This document shows, in pieces, positions 10,980-22,233 of a DNA stretch of 64,000 nt. The notes under the pieces were generated by a model. It was not told the origin of the DNA. It ran no database searches and saw nothing but the letters and a program-made list of their open reading frames with translations. The first letter of the stretch is position 1. The number at the start of each line of letters is the position of its first letter. The stretch is from Naegleria gruberi (Eukaryota), in NCBI GenBank assembly GCA_000004985.1, contig GG738908.1; one strand, written 5' to 3'. The translations under genes and the position numbers were made by a program.

Positions 10980-12260
10980 TTAATTAATCACTGTTAGTTT
11001 CAAGTCAGCAAAGTAATGACATGTTGTGGCACAAATTATTTTCAAATTTTCATTGAAATATACTAGACACTTGCTTGCAATTTTCCTATTGTAAATCACA
11101 TAATACGAACTGCCACAATCCACACTCATTTCATAACTTTGTGGACTAGCTCTTCCAAATGAGTAGTACCAACACTCTTGTGGTTCACTGTTAAACTTGT
11201 ACTTTCTTCCAAAATTGGAACCTCCAATACCAAGAAATCCAAATTCATTGACAAAAGTTGTTGAACTTCCACCACACAAAATACTTTTCGGTTTAAATAC
11301 ATGATTACTTGATAGGTTTCCTTCATATACAATTGGAGAAACTGAATCATTCAATGGTTGTAAGGGAAATGATGGAAAATTCAATTTGGTCAAAAATTTC
11401 TCTATAAAATTATAATCGAATCCACATTGAGAATATAAATTAAAACCACACGTATAGACTTGACCATTCTCTAATAGGATACACGTATGAAAAATTCCAC
11501 ATTTCATTTGCTTAATTCGTTCGCCCTTAAATGGCGTATCCATTTCAGAGAAACGGTCCTTTGATATTTGACCATTTTGAACACTGAATGTATCATCACC
11601 ATGAGTGAGAATATGATGAGAGCCATCCTCTTTCTCATACACAACAAATGTGGAATATCCACTCAGTGCAGATGTTACATATTTCTTATCTGTGAAATCC
11701 AATCTCAAGTCAACTTGCTCAATTATACCATTCGAGGTTGTTCTGAAATAATAAATCATGGAATCATTTCCGTACACAATCATGTGAGAAGATGAAGGTC
11801 CACATACAATTTCCCTAATTTCAATTCCATCATCCATAAATTTCTTACAACTATTCGAATATCCAATTGAAGTTTCGAATGTCAAAATTAAATTATTCTT
11901 CATTTGTAAAACAATAAATTCGAGATTGGAATAAACATTTTCCACTTGATAGCAATTTCCTAACTCCATCATTTCCATAGCAAGTTTATAATTCAATAAA
12001 TAGAAATCTTGATTATTGACACATTGATTGAAATATTCGGAACAACAGATTGAGCTTGAAAACTTGACAAAAAGATCTTCTTCCATCAAGGTAGTATGAT
12101 GTTTCGGCCACAATCTCACAACAAAGCAAGTTCCTCCACAAATAACACTCCGAATATCTTTCGAATAATTATTAGAAACCGGTCCGAGATGACAAGGTTC
12201 AAAATCATGAGCATCAGGATTTCTAATTCCCAATGTCAGTAGTGGTATTGTATTTTGCAT
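10980..12260 (-). CDS. RCC1-like repeat (beta-propeller) protein
   Basis: A 426-aa ORF with repeated motifs: ICGGTCFVV, KCGIFHTCILLENGQVYTCGFNLYSQCG, ILCGGSSTTFVNEFGFLGIGGSNFG and DCGSSYYVIY. These resemble RCC1 blades (G..HT..L...G.VY..G.N..GQLG). Confidence 0.5.
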   Translation of the reverse strand: MQNTIPLLTLGIRNPDAHDFEPCHLGPVSNNYSKDIRSVICGGTCFVVRLWPKHHTTLMEEDLFVKFSSSICCSEYFNQCVNNQDFYLLNYKLAMEMMELGNCYQVENVYSNLEFIVLQMKNNLILTFETSIGYSNSCKKFMDDGIEIREIVCGPSSSHMIVYGNDSMIYYFRTTSNGIIEQVDLRLDFTDKKYVTSALSGYSTFVVYEKEDGSHHILTHGDDTFSVQNGQISKDRFSEMDTPFKGERIKQMKCGIFHTCILLENGQVYTCGFNLYSQCGFDYNFIEKFLTKLNFPSFPLQPLNDSVSPIVYEGNLSSNHVFKPKSILCGGSSTTFVNEFGFLGIGGSNFGRKYKFNSEPQECWYYSFGRASPQSYEMSVDCGSSYYVIYNRKIASKCLVYFNENLKIICATTCHYFADLKLTVIN

Positions 12261-12468
12261 GATCGCAGAAGTGATATTTTTTATATTTAAATATTTTGAA
12301 AATGGCCAAAATTATTCTTGTGAAATTGAGAGAAGGAAATGTTGTGCTAATACCAAATCAATTTTGCTTTCATTGCTAGATGTATCAAGGTTATGTTTTT
12401 CTTCATCTGAAGATTGGTCAGACGAATTATTGATATATTGGAATATTCCTGTAGAACTATCAGACTGT

Positions 12469-15400
12469 TTATTGAATGAAAATGAAAGCAAGAATCAATG
12501 AAAACAATACAATGAAATAGAATTTGGAGGAAGATGCTTGGTTGACTGATTGTTGAGCTAAAGTTGGTGAAATGGCAAAATCAGTCAAGTGAACAGTTCT
12601 ACATTTGACTCTGGTATTACTAATCTTGATAGATTCCAATCCAATTGATGAGAATTGTGATGATTGAGTATTGTAGAATTGACACAAACCCATCATTGTA
12701 GAATTCATTAAAGAAATGTCAACTTCAAACTCAATTGGGGAAGTGAGGTCTGAAATTTCGAGTTCAGTACCATTAGAAAGAATGTTAATTGAAATAATGG
12801 AAGAAACCAAATCAGTCTTGATGTGAGAGTAAATATTTTGTGAAATGATTGATAAGGAAATTGAAACAGAAGCACTGGAATCTAATTGATATTTGGAAGA
12901 AAGCAACTTTTTCAAAGAATCCTTTGGTAAGCTCAAGGAAGAAAGTCCAATTTGAGAAGGTGAGAAATTAAAGTTGTCAATTGTGCTCTTTACAACAGCT
13001 GTCTTGACAAGATTTGAAACTGAGACGCTCGATTGTCCATCAACCAATGACATGGCTGCTCCAACTTGACTAGCATCAATGACCTTCTTTAATTGAGAAG
13101 CAAAATTAGAATTTGATGTGGAAACAGTTGAAACCAATTGAGAAACTGTCTTGACAATGGAAGTTCTATCAGTAGATTGTAAGTTTTGCTTCAAAGATGT
13201 AGAAATACTCGACAATAAATTCAAAGTCTTTTGAGCTGTGTCTGATGTAATTTCTGATGGTTGATTGGTTAATCTTTCCAAAAGTCCAATCTTTGCGGTG
13301 TCAGAATCAGTTGAAGCAATAATTTGAGTCAAAATGTTACTTCTGATTGATGTCTTTTCAGTAGTTGTAAGCTTGGAATTGAGTAATGAATTGGCAATTT
13401 CCAAAGAACTCAATGAAGTGCTGCTAATCAAAGAGTTGACAAGTGAGCTAACTTCTTGAGCTGACATGGTAGTAGTTGGATCTTGAATGGTCAAAACTTT
13501 AGTTTTTTCAACTGTTGTAAAAGCAGCATCTCTGACTGCAAAGAAAATTGTCACTTGTCCAGAGCTGAAAGTAGGAAGAGTAAATGTTGGGGATGTTGAG
13601 CTAGCACTCAATTCAGCAACATAAACTTTGCTATTTTCTTGAGTATAATAACCAAATGAATAGAGCATGGTAAATGATTCTGGATCCGTGGCAACCAAAC
13701 TAGCTCTTAAACTTGTCTTGACAGCAAGTGCAGAACTAATTTCCAATCCACTAGTAGCATTGACAACCTTGAATGATGAAATAGTTGGTGATCTGTTAAT
13801 GGTAATCTTTAAATCTTTTGAAACGGATACAGATCCAGTAGCAGAAACACGAGTAGCATTCAATCTGAAAGTATAAGTTGCTCCTTCTGTTAAACTATTT
13901 GCCTTAATGGCTAAATCTTTCTTGTCAGTTCCAGCAACTGAAATAGTTTCCAAATTGACTGCAGTTCCAGAAACTTGAGTCCACTTGTAGCTCAATGAAG
14001 AATACGCACTCAATGATGAAATTGTAGATTTGAAAACAATGTCCATCGATCCAGGAGTATAAACAGTTTGTCCAGAGGTGAAAGTTGGTGAACTGATAAC
14101 AGCATCGAATGACAAATCACAACTTCCATAAACATAATTGGCTGGACAGGTACAAATATTTGGACCAGTACATTGTCCAAATCCACAACCACCCTTAGAG
14201 GAACAATCAAATACGTTACAATCACTTCCAGTATATCCTGACTTGCAAGTACAAACATTAGGTGAAGTACATGTACCATTTCCATTACAATTATTGAGAG
14301 TGGTACAAGTTGGAGTGTTACAACTAGCTCCTGTATATCCAGATTGACAAGTACAGACATTAGGACCAGTACATTGACCACGATTCATGCAATTCGAAAC
14401 CAAATTACAACTATATTGATTACAGGTACTTCCCTTATAACCAGCTTTACATAAACAAGTATTAATGGCAAGACAATCACCATTTCCATTACAATTATTC
14501 ACTCCAGCACATGATGGAGTTTCTCCAGGACGAACAGCTCTCAAGTAATTGCTAGTACATGCAGAGTTTTCACCCTGAGTGAGAAGATAGCCAACCGATG
14601 GATAATAATACTTGTATCCATTTGAATCTACTGCCTTAATATAATATTTTCTACAAGCAGTTCCAGAAGAAAGTCTAGTAGTATTATATTCGAAAGTTCC
14701 TGCATTCAAAGACGAATCAGTATACATACTCGATGTTGGAATACTCATTGGATATTCCACATCATTAATAAAAATGGAAACATTCAATGGAGCTACTCCC
14801 TTTCCCAAATCTGCCTTATGATAATAATTAGCAAGGAATGTAACTGTATCTGTGGCAAACGTAATATGTGTAGCAGCAACGATTGGATTTGAAATACCAT
14901 GTGAACCTGAGGCAAAATTCTGTGTCCAATAATCACTGAAACCTGTGGCTGCAACCTTTGGATAATGTCCAACTCCAAGAAGGGTATATGAGCTTCCAAG
15001 AATGTTGGCTCTGTGTCCATCAGAATTAATCCAAGCCATGGTTACAGAAAGAGGACTTGTCTGTCCAGCTGCAATATTTTCAGCCATTGCTGCTGGTTTA
15101 GTGTAAAAAGTAGCAACTCTGGTGAAGGTTAGAGTTCCATCACATGAATTATGTTGAAAACAAGGTACAGTTGCCATGTCTTTCGAATGGAATCGTCCAG
15201 ATTCTACCAAATTGAAATGTTCGAAAAGTGGAGGCAAACCAGTGGTTTCCAATGACTTTTCTGCTTGGAATAAATTCAAGAATCTGGTCTTGAATCCTGA
15301 AGGAGACATTCTAGCCCAATTTGTTAAAACATGGACCGTCTTTTCGACATATCTCGAATAAGTGTAAACTAAATCAGAAAGTGCATTCACACCAACTTGA

Positions 15401-15651
15401 TCACCAATTCCATAAAATTCCCAATTACCATTATCTGTGCTGCCATTGTTGGTTGAAGCACCACCATCATTAGCAAAAGTGGCCATGACAGCACGTTTGT
15501 TTTTGGCAAATTTCAAATTGCTGTCAAATGCCATCGAAGGAGGATTTTGTGAAATGACAGATAGAGGTTCATGTTCTGCCAACACCAGAAAGAGGGAGGA
15601 TAATACCAACACTACCAAGAGTGCATAATGCAACCTGTTACTCAACAACAT
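12469..15651 (-). CDS. Secreted CAP (SCP/TAPS) domain protein with tenascin-type EGF repeats, a Ser/Thr-rich mucin-like stalk and a C-terminal hydrophobic (GPI-like) tail
   Basis: A 1060-aa ORF with a signal peptide (MLLSNRLHYALLVVLVLSSLFLVLA). The CAP signature is GENIAAGQTSP...AWINSDGHRANILGSSYTLLGVGHY. About 6 EGF repeats follow (CNGNGDCLAINTCLCKAGYKGSTC...). A roughly 500-aa S/T-rich region is next, and the protein ends in FYFIVLFSLILAFIFIQ. Confidence 0.7.
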   Translation of the reverse strand: MLLSNRLHYALLVVLVLSSLFLVLAEHEPLSVISQNPPSMAFDSNLKFAKNKRAVMATFANDGGASTNNGSTDNGNWEFYGIGDQVGVNALSDLVYTYSRYVEKTVHVLTNWARMSPSGFKTRFLNLFQAEKSLETTGLPPLFEHFNLVESGRFHSKDMATVPCFQHNSCDGTLTFTRVATFYTKPAAMAENIAAGQTSPLSVTMAWINSDGHRANILGSSYTLLGVGHYPKVAATGFSDYWTQNFASGSHGISNPIVAATHITFATDTVTFLANYYHKADLGKGVAPLNVSIFINDVEYPMSIPTSSMYTDSSLNAGTFEYNTTRLSSGTACRKYYIKAVDSNGYKYYYPSVGYLLTQGENSACTSNYLRAVRPGETPSCAGVNNCNGNGDCLAINTCLCKAGYKGSTCNQYSCNLVSNCMNRGQCTGPNVCTCQSGYTGASCNTPTCTTLNNCNGNGTCTSPNVCTCKSGYTGSDCNVFDCSSKGGCGFGQCTGPNICTCPANYVYGSCDLSFDAVISSPTFTSGQTVYTPGSMDIVFKSTISSLSAYSSLSYKWTQVSGTAVNLETISVAGTDKKDLAIKANSLTEGATYTFRLNATRVSATGSVSVSKDLKITINRSPTISSFKVVNATSGLEISSALAVKTSLRASLVATDPESFTMLYSFGYYTQENSKVYVAELSASSTSPTFTLPTFSSGQVTIFFAVRDAAFTTVEKTKVLTIQDPTTTMSAQEVSSLVNSLISSTSLSSLEIANSLLNSKLTTTEKTSIRSNILTQIIASTDSDTAKIGLLERLTNQPSEITSDTAQKTLNLLSSISTSLKQNLQSTDRTSIVKTVSQLVSTVSTSNSNFASQLKKVIDASQVGAAMSLVDGQSSVSVSNLVKTAVVKSTIDNFNFSPSQIGLSSLSLPKDSLKKLLSSKYQLDSSASVSISLSIISQNIYSHIKTDLVSSIISINILSNGTELEISDLTSPIEFEVDISLMNSTMMGLCQFYNTQSSQFSSIGLESIKISNTRVKCRTVHLTDFAISPTLAQQSVNQASSSKFYFIVLFSLILAFIFIQ

Positions 15652-16050
15652 GTTTGCCCTTCAGATGTCGTTATTTTTTTTGAATGATTTTAAAGCTGTC
15701 ACCAATATCGCAGGGTTGTTGGCCAAAAACAAGTGAAAAGGATGATTTTGCGGGGTCAACACTCACCTTTCATAGAGTTTACAATTGTTGATCCATGACA
15801 AATCATTAAACTCTATAAATGGAAAGTGAAAAAATTACAAAACGATTTCAAAACGTTAAATATTCAATTCTTAAGTAAGTGGCAATTTAATTTGCATTTT
15901 ATTTAATAACCTTATTAAACTTTCTCTAATATTTACTCTCCCTACAATAAAATCCCAATTTTTGACAGAACGATCAATCACATCAAATAATTCTTCTAAT
16001 TCATCTTTTCTAATTAAACTCTCCAATTTGTAGGCATAAATTGGTCGAAA

Positions 16051-16188
16051 TCAATGAGAACATTGTTGAGTGAAACCTTCCCAGGAATTCCCACTTTCCC
16101 AATGTCTGTTACAATCGGTGCAGTGATAATAGCCGTATTTTCTTGTTGGATTTGAGTTATTGTAAGTTTTCTTGAATTTGTGAGTCAT
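16051..16188 (-). CDS. Small Cys/His-rich ORF (CxxC...C-x2-TGA) ending at an in-frame TGA that is followed by 59 more stop-free codons; either a selenoprotein candidate or a disrupted gene
   Basis: Translation from the ATG at 16188 gives MTHKFKKTYNNSNPTRKYGYYHCTDCNRHWESGNSWEGFTQQCSH then TGA. Reading through yields FRPIYAYKLESLIRKDELEELFDVIDRSVKNWDFIVGRVNIRESLIRLLNKMQIKLPLT before a TAA at 15871. Confidence 0.25.
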   Translation of the reverse strand: MTHKFKKTYNNSNPTRKYGYYHCTDCNRHWESGNSWEGFTQQCSH

Positions 16189-16463
16189 TGTGCTTTTTAA
16201 TTTGTTTTTGAAAATTGTTTTTTTTATAGAAAATTTCACAATTCCTAACCTTAATTAGGTTCATGCTTTTTTATGAAAACTGATCAATTCAAGTCCATTG
16301 TAAACAGCAATACAATTTTTTTGTAATCTTGAACAACCCCTCTCAAATCCTCAACAAGCATTCACAACTCCTCTTCACCGCACTCCTCAGAATTGGCGGC
16401 AATTAACAAGCAATAAAAAGCAAATTCCTTCGAAAAATTAACCGCCCAACACTTTGAAAAAAA

Positions 16464-18109
16464 ATGCAAACCATCTTGATGGTGTTATTGGCTGTGGTGG
16501 TATTGATTGCTACCTTTGTGGTGAGGCGATTGTTTTCCCTCCATAAAATCCACTCGAAAATTAAGCACATTCCGGGGGTGATGCAAGTATTCGAACTTTC
16601 TCCGATAAGAATTCCCTTCTTGTCCACTCATCTCTATCTAACAAGTGATGAGGATTTGGATAAGGCTTGTTTGTTGTATGGAGATGCAGAAACTCAAACT
16701 TTGAGTATTGCTACTTCTACTACACCACTCGTTTTTATTAGTGATCCGAAAATGTTGAAGGAATATTTCATTACTAAGGGTCATTTGTTTGAGAAACCAG
16801 GATATGAGGTGGTGAATTTCTTTGGAGAGGATAATATTTTGACAGCTACTAATACTGAAAAATGGAAGAAACATTACAAGATTTGTTCGGCAGCTTTCAC
16901 ACCAAAGAATTTAATGTATGTGTGTAAGGTTGCTGACAAGTCTTGTGATTTATTGTTTGAAATTTGGAATGAGAGATTGAAAGAGAATGGATCTATGATT
17001 TTGGATGTAAATGAATATTCGAATCTTACATTGGGTAAGTAATTTCGTAGCTCAATGAGTTACTGATCTGAGTCGATCTGTTATATCATAACACAACCTT
17101 GGTTGAATAGACGTTTTGGGAAAAGCTGCTTTTAACATTGATTTTGGTTTTTATTCCAATAATGAAGAGGGTAGATACTTTAGACAAAGTATGGAGAAAC
17201 TAATTTCACCGCAAGCTGTTCTTTCTTTTGCTTTCTTTGGGAATATTCCTTTCTTATTCAAGTTAGCAAACAGAGTGATGGGTGTTCAAGCAGCCACTGA
17301 TCATTGCAGCGATTATTTAGACAAGATAATTGAGCAGAGAAAGAAGCTATTGTCTACTGGTGAAATTTTGGATACTGATGAAGGAAGTGATTTACTGACA
17401 CTACTTGTTGGAGCTAATGTAAAGGAAGAAACCATTACAAATAATCAATTGAAGAGTAATACACTGTTGCTATCAACGGCTGGACACGAAACAACTGCTA
17501 AAACATTGTCTTGGTAAGTTTTAAAGATGCTATTGAAATTTCATTAACCAAATTAGGGTTTCTTATCGTTTATCTAAACATCCAGAAATTCAAAGTAAAT
17601 TATGGAAAGAAGTTGATGAAGTATTGCAAGGTAGAAATCCAACCTATGCCGATCTTCCATCTTTGCCATATGTCAATGCGATTATCACTGAATCTTTAAG
17701 ATTGAATCCACCTGTATATCACTTGGGAAGAATTGCCACTAAAAATCTCACCCTTGGAAAGTATGATATTCCAAAAGGAACTATGGTTCAAGCTTTCATG
17801 TCACGAGTTCAACAGAGAGAAGATATTTGGGAAAATGCCAAAGAATTCATACCAGAAAGATTCCTCGATCCAAAAGTGAAAGACAGTTATCAGCACAACT
17901 TTACGTATGCTGCATTTAGTTTGGGAAATAGACAATGTTTAGGAAAGCATTTTGCCATTTTGGAGGCTGCCACTATTTTGTGTAAATTAGCTCAAAAGTA
18001 TGAATTCAAATTGTTGAATGATGAGAGTGTTGATCCAGTGGGTGTTTTCAAATTGCCAGTTGCCAAACCAACATCAAACATGAAGGTTCAAGTCTCTTTG
18101 AGAAAGTAA
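16464..18109 (+). CDS. Cytochrome P450 monooxygenase, 3 exons
   Basis: CDS join(16464..17034,17111..17513,17557..18109). Introns are GTAAGT...AATAG (76 nt) and GTAAGT...AATTAG (43 nt), and splicing restores colinearity with the intronless paralog downstream (NLTL|DVLGKAAF; AGHETTAKTLSW|VSYRLSKHPEIQ). It has an N-terminal signal-anchor, ESLRLNPP (ExxR), FIPERF (PERF) and the heme loop FSLGNRQCLGKHFAILEA (FxxGxRxCxG). Confidence 0.85.
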
Positions 18110-18256
18110 ATAATTAAATATTATTAAACATTATTCATTGAAAGTTTTTGGACAATTTCATCTACAGATATTCTCTCTTTAAAACTTGAAAAAGAGTTAT
18201 ATTCCCTCATCATAATATTTCGTCTTACAATTTTATTATAATATATGTACACATAC

Positions 18257-19807
18257 TCAAGCAGCACTGACTATTTCAGGAGTAACTCTTCTTGTGATTC
18301 TAACCTTTAAATTAGGGGAAGGTTTATGGACAGGACTTTGGATTGCAACAATTGGATCCTTCTCCAAATCATTCAACAATTCAAATTCGAATCTCTGAAT
18401 CATTTTGGTCAATATCATGCAAGATTCCAATAGAGAAAACTTCTTTCCCAAACAAGCACGATTTCCCATACTGAATGGAACAAATGTAAAGTTGTGGAAT
18501 GACGATTCTCTGAATTGTGGATCCACAAATCGATCAGCAATGAATTCGGTTGGTTTCTCCCAAACATCAGGTCGTTTCATCAAGTATCCAAATAGGGTAG
18601 CTACATGAGTTCCCTTAGGAATTGAAAAATTACCCAATGTCGTATTCTTGACTGCAACACGAGATAGAATTTGAACTGCTGGATGAAGTCTGAAAGATTC
18701 CATAAGGACAGAGTTGACCAAATGAAGATTTGGAAAATCATCAATTGTTGGATCTCTTCTTCCAATCGTTTTGGAAATTTCATTATAGAGCTCTTGTTGA
18801 ATTGTTGGATTTTTGGAAATTTCAAAGGTTGTCCATTGTAAAAGTGTGGAAGTCGTATCATGACCTGCAAAACTCATTATTACACTGTTACTCTTCAGCT
18901 CATCATCAGTAATTAGCTTTTCTGTCATGTTTGCCTTCACCAATAATGTCAAAATGTCATTCATGTCATTAATCAATGGTTTGTCTTCCAACAATTTTTT
19001 TCTACTTTGAATCATTTCATCCAAAGATTTGCTACAGGTTTCCAAATGTCCATGAATGCCAACTATCTTTGACATGATTGTTTGTAATTTTCCATTTCCA
19101 AATAGACGACGAATTGCCAAAGCTTTCATTGAGAATGTTTGTTGTAAACTTGTCTTGAAAGCTTTTCCTTCTTGATTGGAGGAGAATATTCCAAAATCGA
19201 GATTGAAACCTGCCTTACCAAGTACATCCAAAGTAATATCTGAAAAGTCATCATTCGAAAGCATGACACCACTTTCGTCCTTGCTCCATCTTTCGAATAA
19301 TAATTCTGCAGATTGACAAGCAACTTGACAAACATAGATTAAATTCTGAGGTGAGAATGCTGGACTGCAAACTTTAAAGTGTCTTTTCCATCTTTCGTTA
19401 TTCACAGCACTCACAATATTTTCACCAAACATGGTAATAAATTTAAAATCAGGTTTTTCATAGCAATTTGCTTTTAGAATGAAGAATTCCTTGAATAGTT
19501 TCGGATCACTGATTAAAACTATTGGAGCATCCTTTGTAACGATTCGAGCAGTTTTAGTTTCATCATTCGAATAAGAATCGACTACATTTTCAATTTCCTT
19601 GACTGAACCAAAGTAATAGTAGGGAGAAAGAAGAGGAATTCTGAATGGAGAAAGTTCCAATAATTGGAAAACTCCTGGAATGTTCGATACCTTGCTGTAT
19701 TGCTTGTACAATCTGAAAGCAAAATACGAAACCAAACTAATGACTGTTAGCAACAAGATTAAACCAAATGATTGCCAACTGTTTAAACTATAAAGGTATG
19801 TTAGCAT
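18257..19807 (-). CDS. Cytochrome P450 monooxygenase, intronless paralog
   Basis: A 516-aa single ORF with a TM anchor, AGHDTTS, ESFRLHP, FIADRF and the heme-binding FSMGNRACLGKKFSLLE. It is colinear with the three-exon P450 on the opposite strand. Confidence 0.9.
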   Translation of the reverse strand: MLTYLYSLNSWQSFGLILLLTVISLVSYFAFRLYKQYSKVSNIPGVFQLLELSPFRIPLLSPYYYFGSVKEIENVVDSYSNDETKTARIVTKDAPIVLISDPKLFKEFFILKANCYEKPDFKFITMFGENIVSAVNNERWKRHFKVCSPAFSPQNLIYVCQVACQSAELLFERWSKDESGVMLSNDDFSDITLDVLGKAGFNLDFGIFSSNQEGKAFKTSLQQTFSMKALAIRRLFGNGKLQTIMSKIVGIHGHLETCSKSLDEMIQSRKKLLEDKPLINDMNDILTLLVKANMTEKLITDDELKSNSVIMSFAGHDTTSTLLQWTTFEISKNPTIQQELYNEISKTIGRRDPTIDDFPNLHLVNSVLMESFRLHPAVQILSRVAVKNTTLGNFSIPKGTHVATLFGYLMKRPDVWEKPTEFIADRFVDPQFRESSFHNFTFVPFSMGNRACLGKKFSLLESCMILTKMIQRFEFELLNDLEKDPIVAIQSPVHKPSPNLKVRITRRVTPEIVSAA

Positions 19808-21040
19808 TTTTTATATTAATTCTATTCTAATCTTTCATGCTAATCAAAATCTTTTAAGAAAAATGTCGGCGGACAATTTTCAAAGTCCTCTTTGATTGAA
19901 TTTCAGTTGAGGACTAAGAATCGTAATGTAGATAGTAAATTTCTAAATAAAGTACATATTATTGTTGGAAATGAGATAACCAGTGTATATTCAATCTAAA
20001 TCCTAGGTCTTTTGTTGAAGTTTCGAATAGAAATCAATTACAGATCTGGACGAATCAAGTTGATTCAAATGAGAAAAGTACCAAGTTTACAATTCTCATA
20101 ATTGAACGTTTAATATTCCAAAAGACCTTTTCCATTCCCAAATGAGTAAACTTCCCCTTTCGTCTATTTTACAATATTTATGAAAATTAAATAGTGGTCG
20201 ATTGAAGAAAAAACTCTCATAAAAAAACAAAACAACTCATCTCTTACAATTACCATGATTACTGTTGGTCAACCTTGCTTTTTCACCAAGTGTGTAAGTT
20301 TCGTATATCACTTTCCAGTAAAGAAATATTTTCACACAGGTCAATTAGGAGAATTACAACAAATCATCATCTACAGTTTCAAGATTACCTACCAATATGT
20401 GTGTTTCGTCTACAGTAAGAAGATTTAACCTTCAATCTTTCTAATTTTCCTGTAAATCATCACCTCAGGAAACACTCAAGTGCCAGATGTTTTAAACGAG
20501 AAATATTTCGAATAGGAAACAATCTCCATGCGCTATCTTTCAATTATCTGGCTAGACTATTGCATGCCTGTACCTACACGTTGAATTTGCATACTTTCCT
20601 TTACAATCGAATAGTTTTTTACTTTCCTCTAGTTTCGAACATGATAAAACTTCCTTAATCATTCTCTTTCCAATAACTATGTCTATCCAATATCAGTAAT
20701 ATGCATTAATAGAAAGCATGTTAATGTAGAAACCATTCGAATATGTGAAAATTGTCTCCTCGCTCACTACCTTACTAAGAAAGATGAACAATTTCGAATA
20801 GAATCAATTTATCGAACAGGCAAAATAAACGAAAATCATGAAGCGCATTGTGAAGAGACAATAAAGTTTCGTTCAAATTAATTTTTTCAACTTACTTTTA
20901 TAGTATTAAACAACGTCCAAAAATAGTTACCCCACAAATTTGGGAGGAACCAAAATTTGGAAAAAAAATTTGGTGAGCTTTAAAAAGTGGTGGACAATCC
21001 CAGCAAAAACTATTCGATTGTACTTTAAAAAAACAAACAA

Positions 21041-22117
21041 ATGCCTTCTAACAACAATTTCTCTCTAATTTCACTTCTTTCCTTTACAATTTTACTTTCT
21101 CTCGCCAATTTCACCCTTTCGAATAACAATAACTTAAAGATTGCTTCCTTTAATACTGCTCTAGTACCTGGCACACCAGTCAATGTCAAGAAAATCATAG
21201 AAACCATACCAAAAGACCTCGATGTAGTCTTTCTCCAAGAAGTTTGGCTCCAATCTCATTCCCACCTAATTGCTGAAGAGCTGAAATCCTCATATCCATA
21301 CTCCTTCCATGGACACAAGGAAGTTTTGAATGAAGCATCTTGTACGGATGATTCATTCCATAGATTCGCTCTTCCTTTCCTTCATTGTGTCCGTGAAAAT
21401 AATTTGACACTTTCGTGGACAACTTTGGGACCATGTGCTGAATTTTTGAGTCGAGCTGCCTATGGAAATTTTAAATGTATATCCTGTGTCCTGACATCTA
21501 TCGTTGAGAATAAGAATATGGCCAATTGTTACACTCCTGGACACACAGGTCAGGAATTTCTCTATGACGGCTCCAATGGATTGATGGTTCTGAGTAAGAC
21601 ACCAATCTCACGTGCCAATTACACTTCCTATCCTTCATTTTTATTGAGTAGAGGATTATTAGAGATGTGTATCAATGGTTTATATATTATGGAATCACAC
21701 TTTCCTTTTAATTTTGGGATTGACTTGCCAGTAATGTATCAACCAGAGTTTTCTAGGATGGTTATCATGAAGAGACCTAATATCTTGGTTGGCGATTTGA
21801 ATAGTGGACCAATGACGCAACCAGAAGGTTATGAGACACTTGCTGGATATGGATATCAGTCAATTGATCCAAATAAGGCAACTTTTTGTGTGAATGGATT
21901 AAATTGGGAAAGTGGCGATTGTTCTGATGATCCAGAAAGAAATACTGGAATGGATCATATCATGGTTGATAAATTTAGTAGAATTTTGGAATGGAATTTC
22001 AATAATTCCTTCAAACTCCAATTATTTGGAGACTCAACTCCAACTCCGAGTGATCATTTGGGTATCACAACTGAGCTGAATTATAATATGGCTAGAAAAC
22101 ATCCATATTGTGTCTAA
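21041..22117 (+). CDS. Secreted endonuclease/exonuclease/phosphatase (EEP) family phosphodiesterase, neutral sphingomyelinase C-like
   Basis: A 358-aa ORF with a signal peptide. LKIASFNTA...DVVFLQEV (cf. DVVILNEV of bacterial SMase), VGDLNSGP (cf. GDMNV) and C-terminal SDHLGITTEL (SDH catalytic His motif) are EEP hallmarks. The start has an A-rich context. Confidence 0.7.
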   Translation: MPSNNNFSLISLLSFTILLSLANFTLSNNNNLKIASFNTALVPGTPVNVKKIIETIPKDLDVVFLQEVWLQSHSHLIAEELKSSYPYSFHGHKEVLNEASCTDDSFHRFALPFLHCVRENNLTLSWTTLGPCAEFLSRAAYGNFKCISCVLTSIVENKNMANCYTPGHTGQEFLYDGSNGLMVLSKTPISRANYTSYPSFLLSRGLLEMCINGLYIMESHFPFNFGIDLPVMYQPEFSRMVIMKRPNILVGDLNSGPMTQPEGYETLAGYGYQSIDPNKATFCVNGLNWESGDCSDDPERNTGMDHIMVDKFSRILEWNFNNSFKLQLFGDSTPTPSDHLGITTELNYNMARKHPYCV

Positions 22118-22167
22118 ATAAACTAAAATAACACCTAGGTTTCTTTGAAATTCATTTACTTCTGAAA

Positions 22168-22233
22168 GTTTGTTGTAATTCGAAACTGAAAACAGTTTCT
22201 TCCTAAATTTTGTTGTAATTCGAAACTGAAAAG
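22168..22233 (+). repeat. Two tandem copies of the motif TTTGTTGTAATTCGAAACTGAAAA(C/G), in the 3' UTR of the EEP gene
   Basis: Copies at 22168-22192 and 22208-22233 are identical over 24 nt and 50-115 nt downstream of the stop at 22117. Confidence 0.5.
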
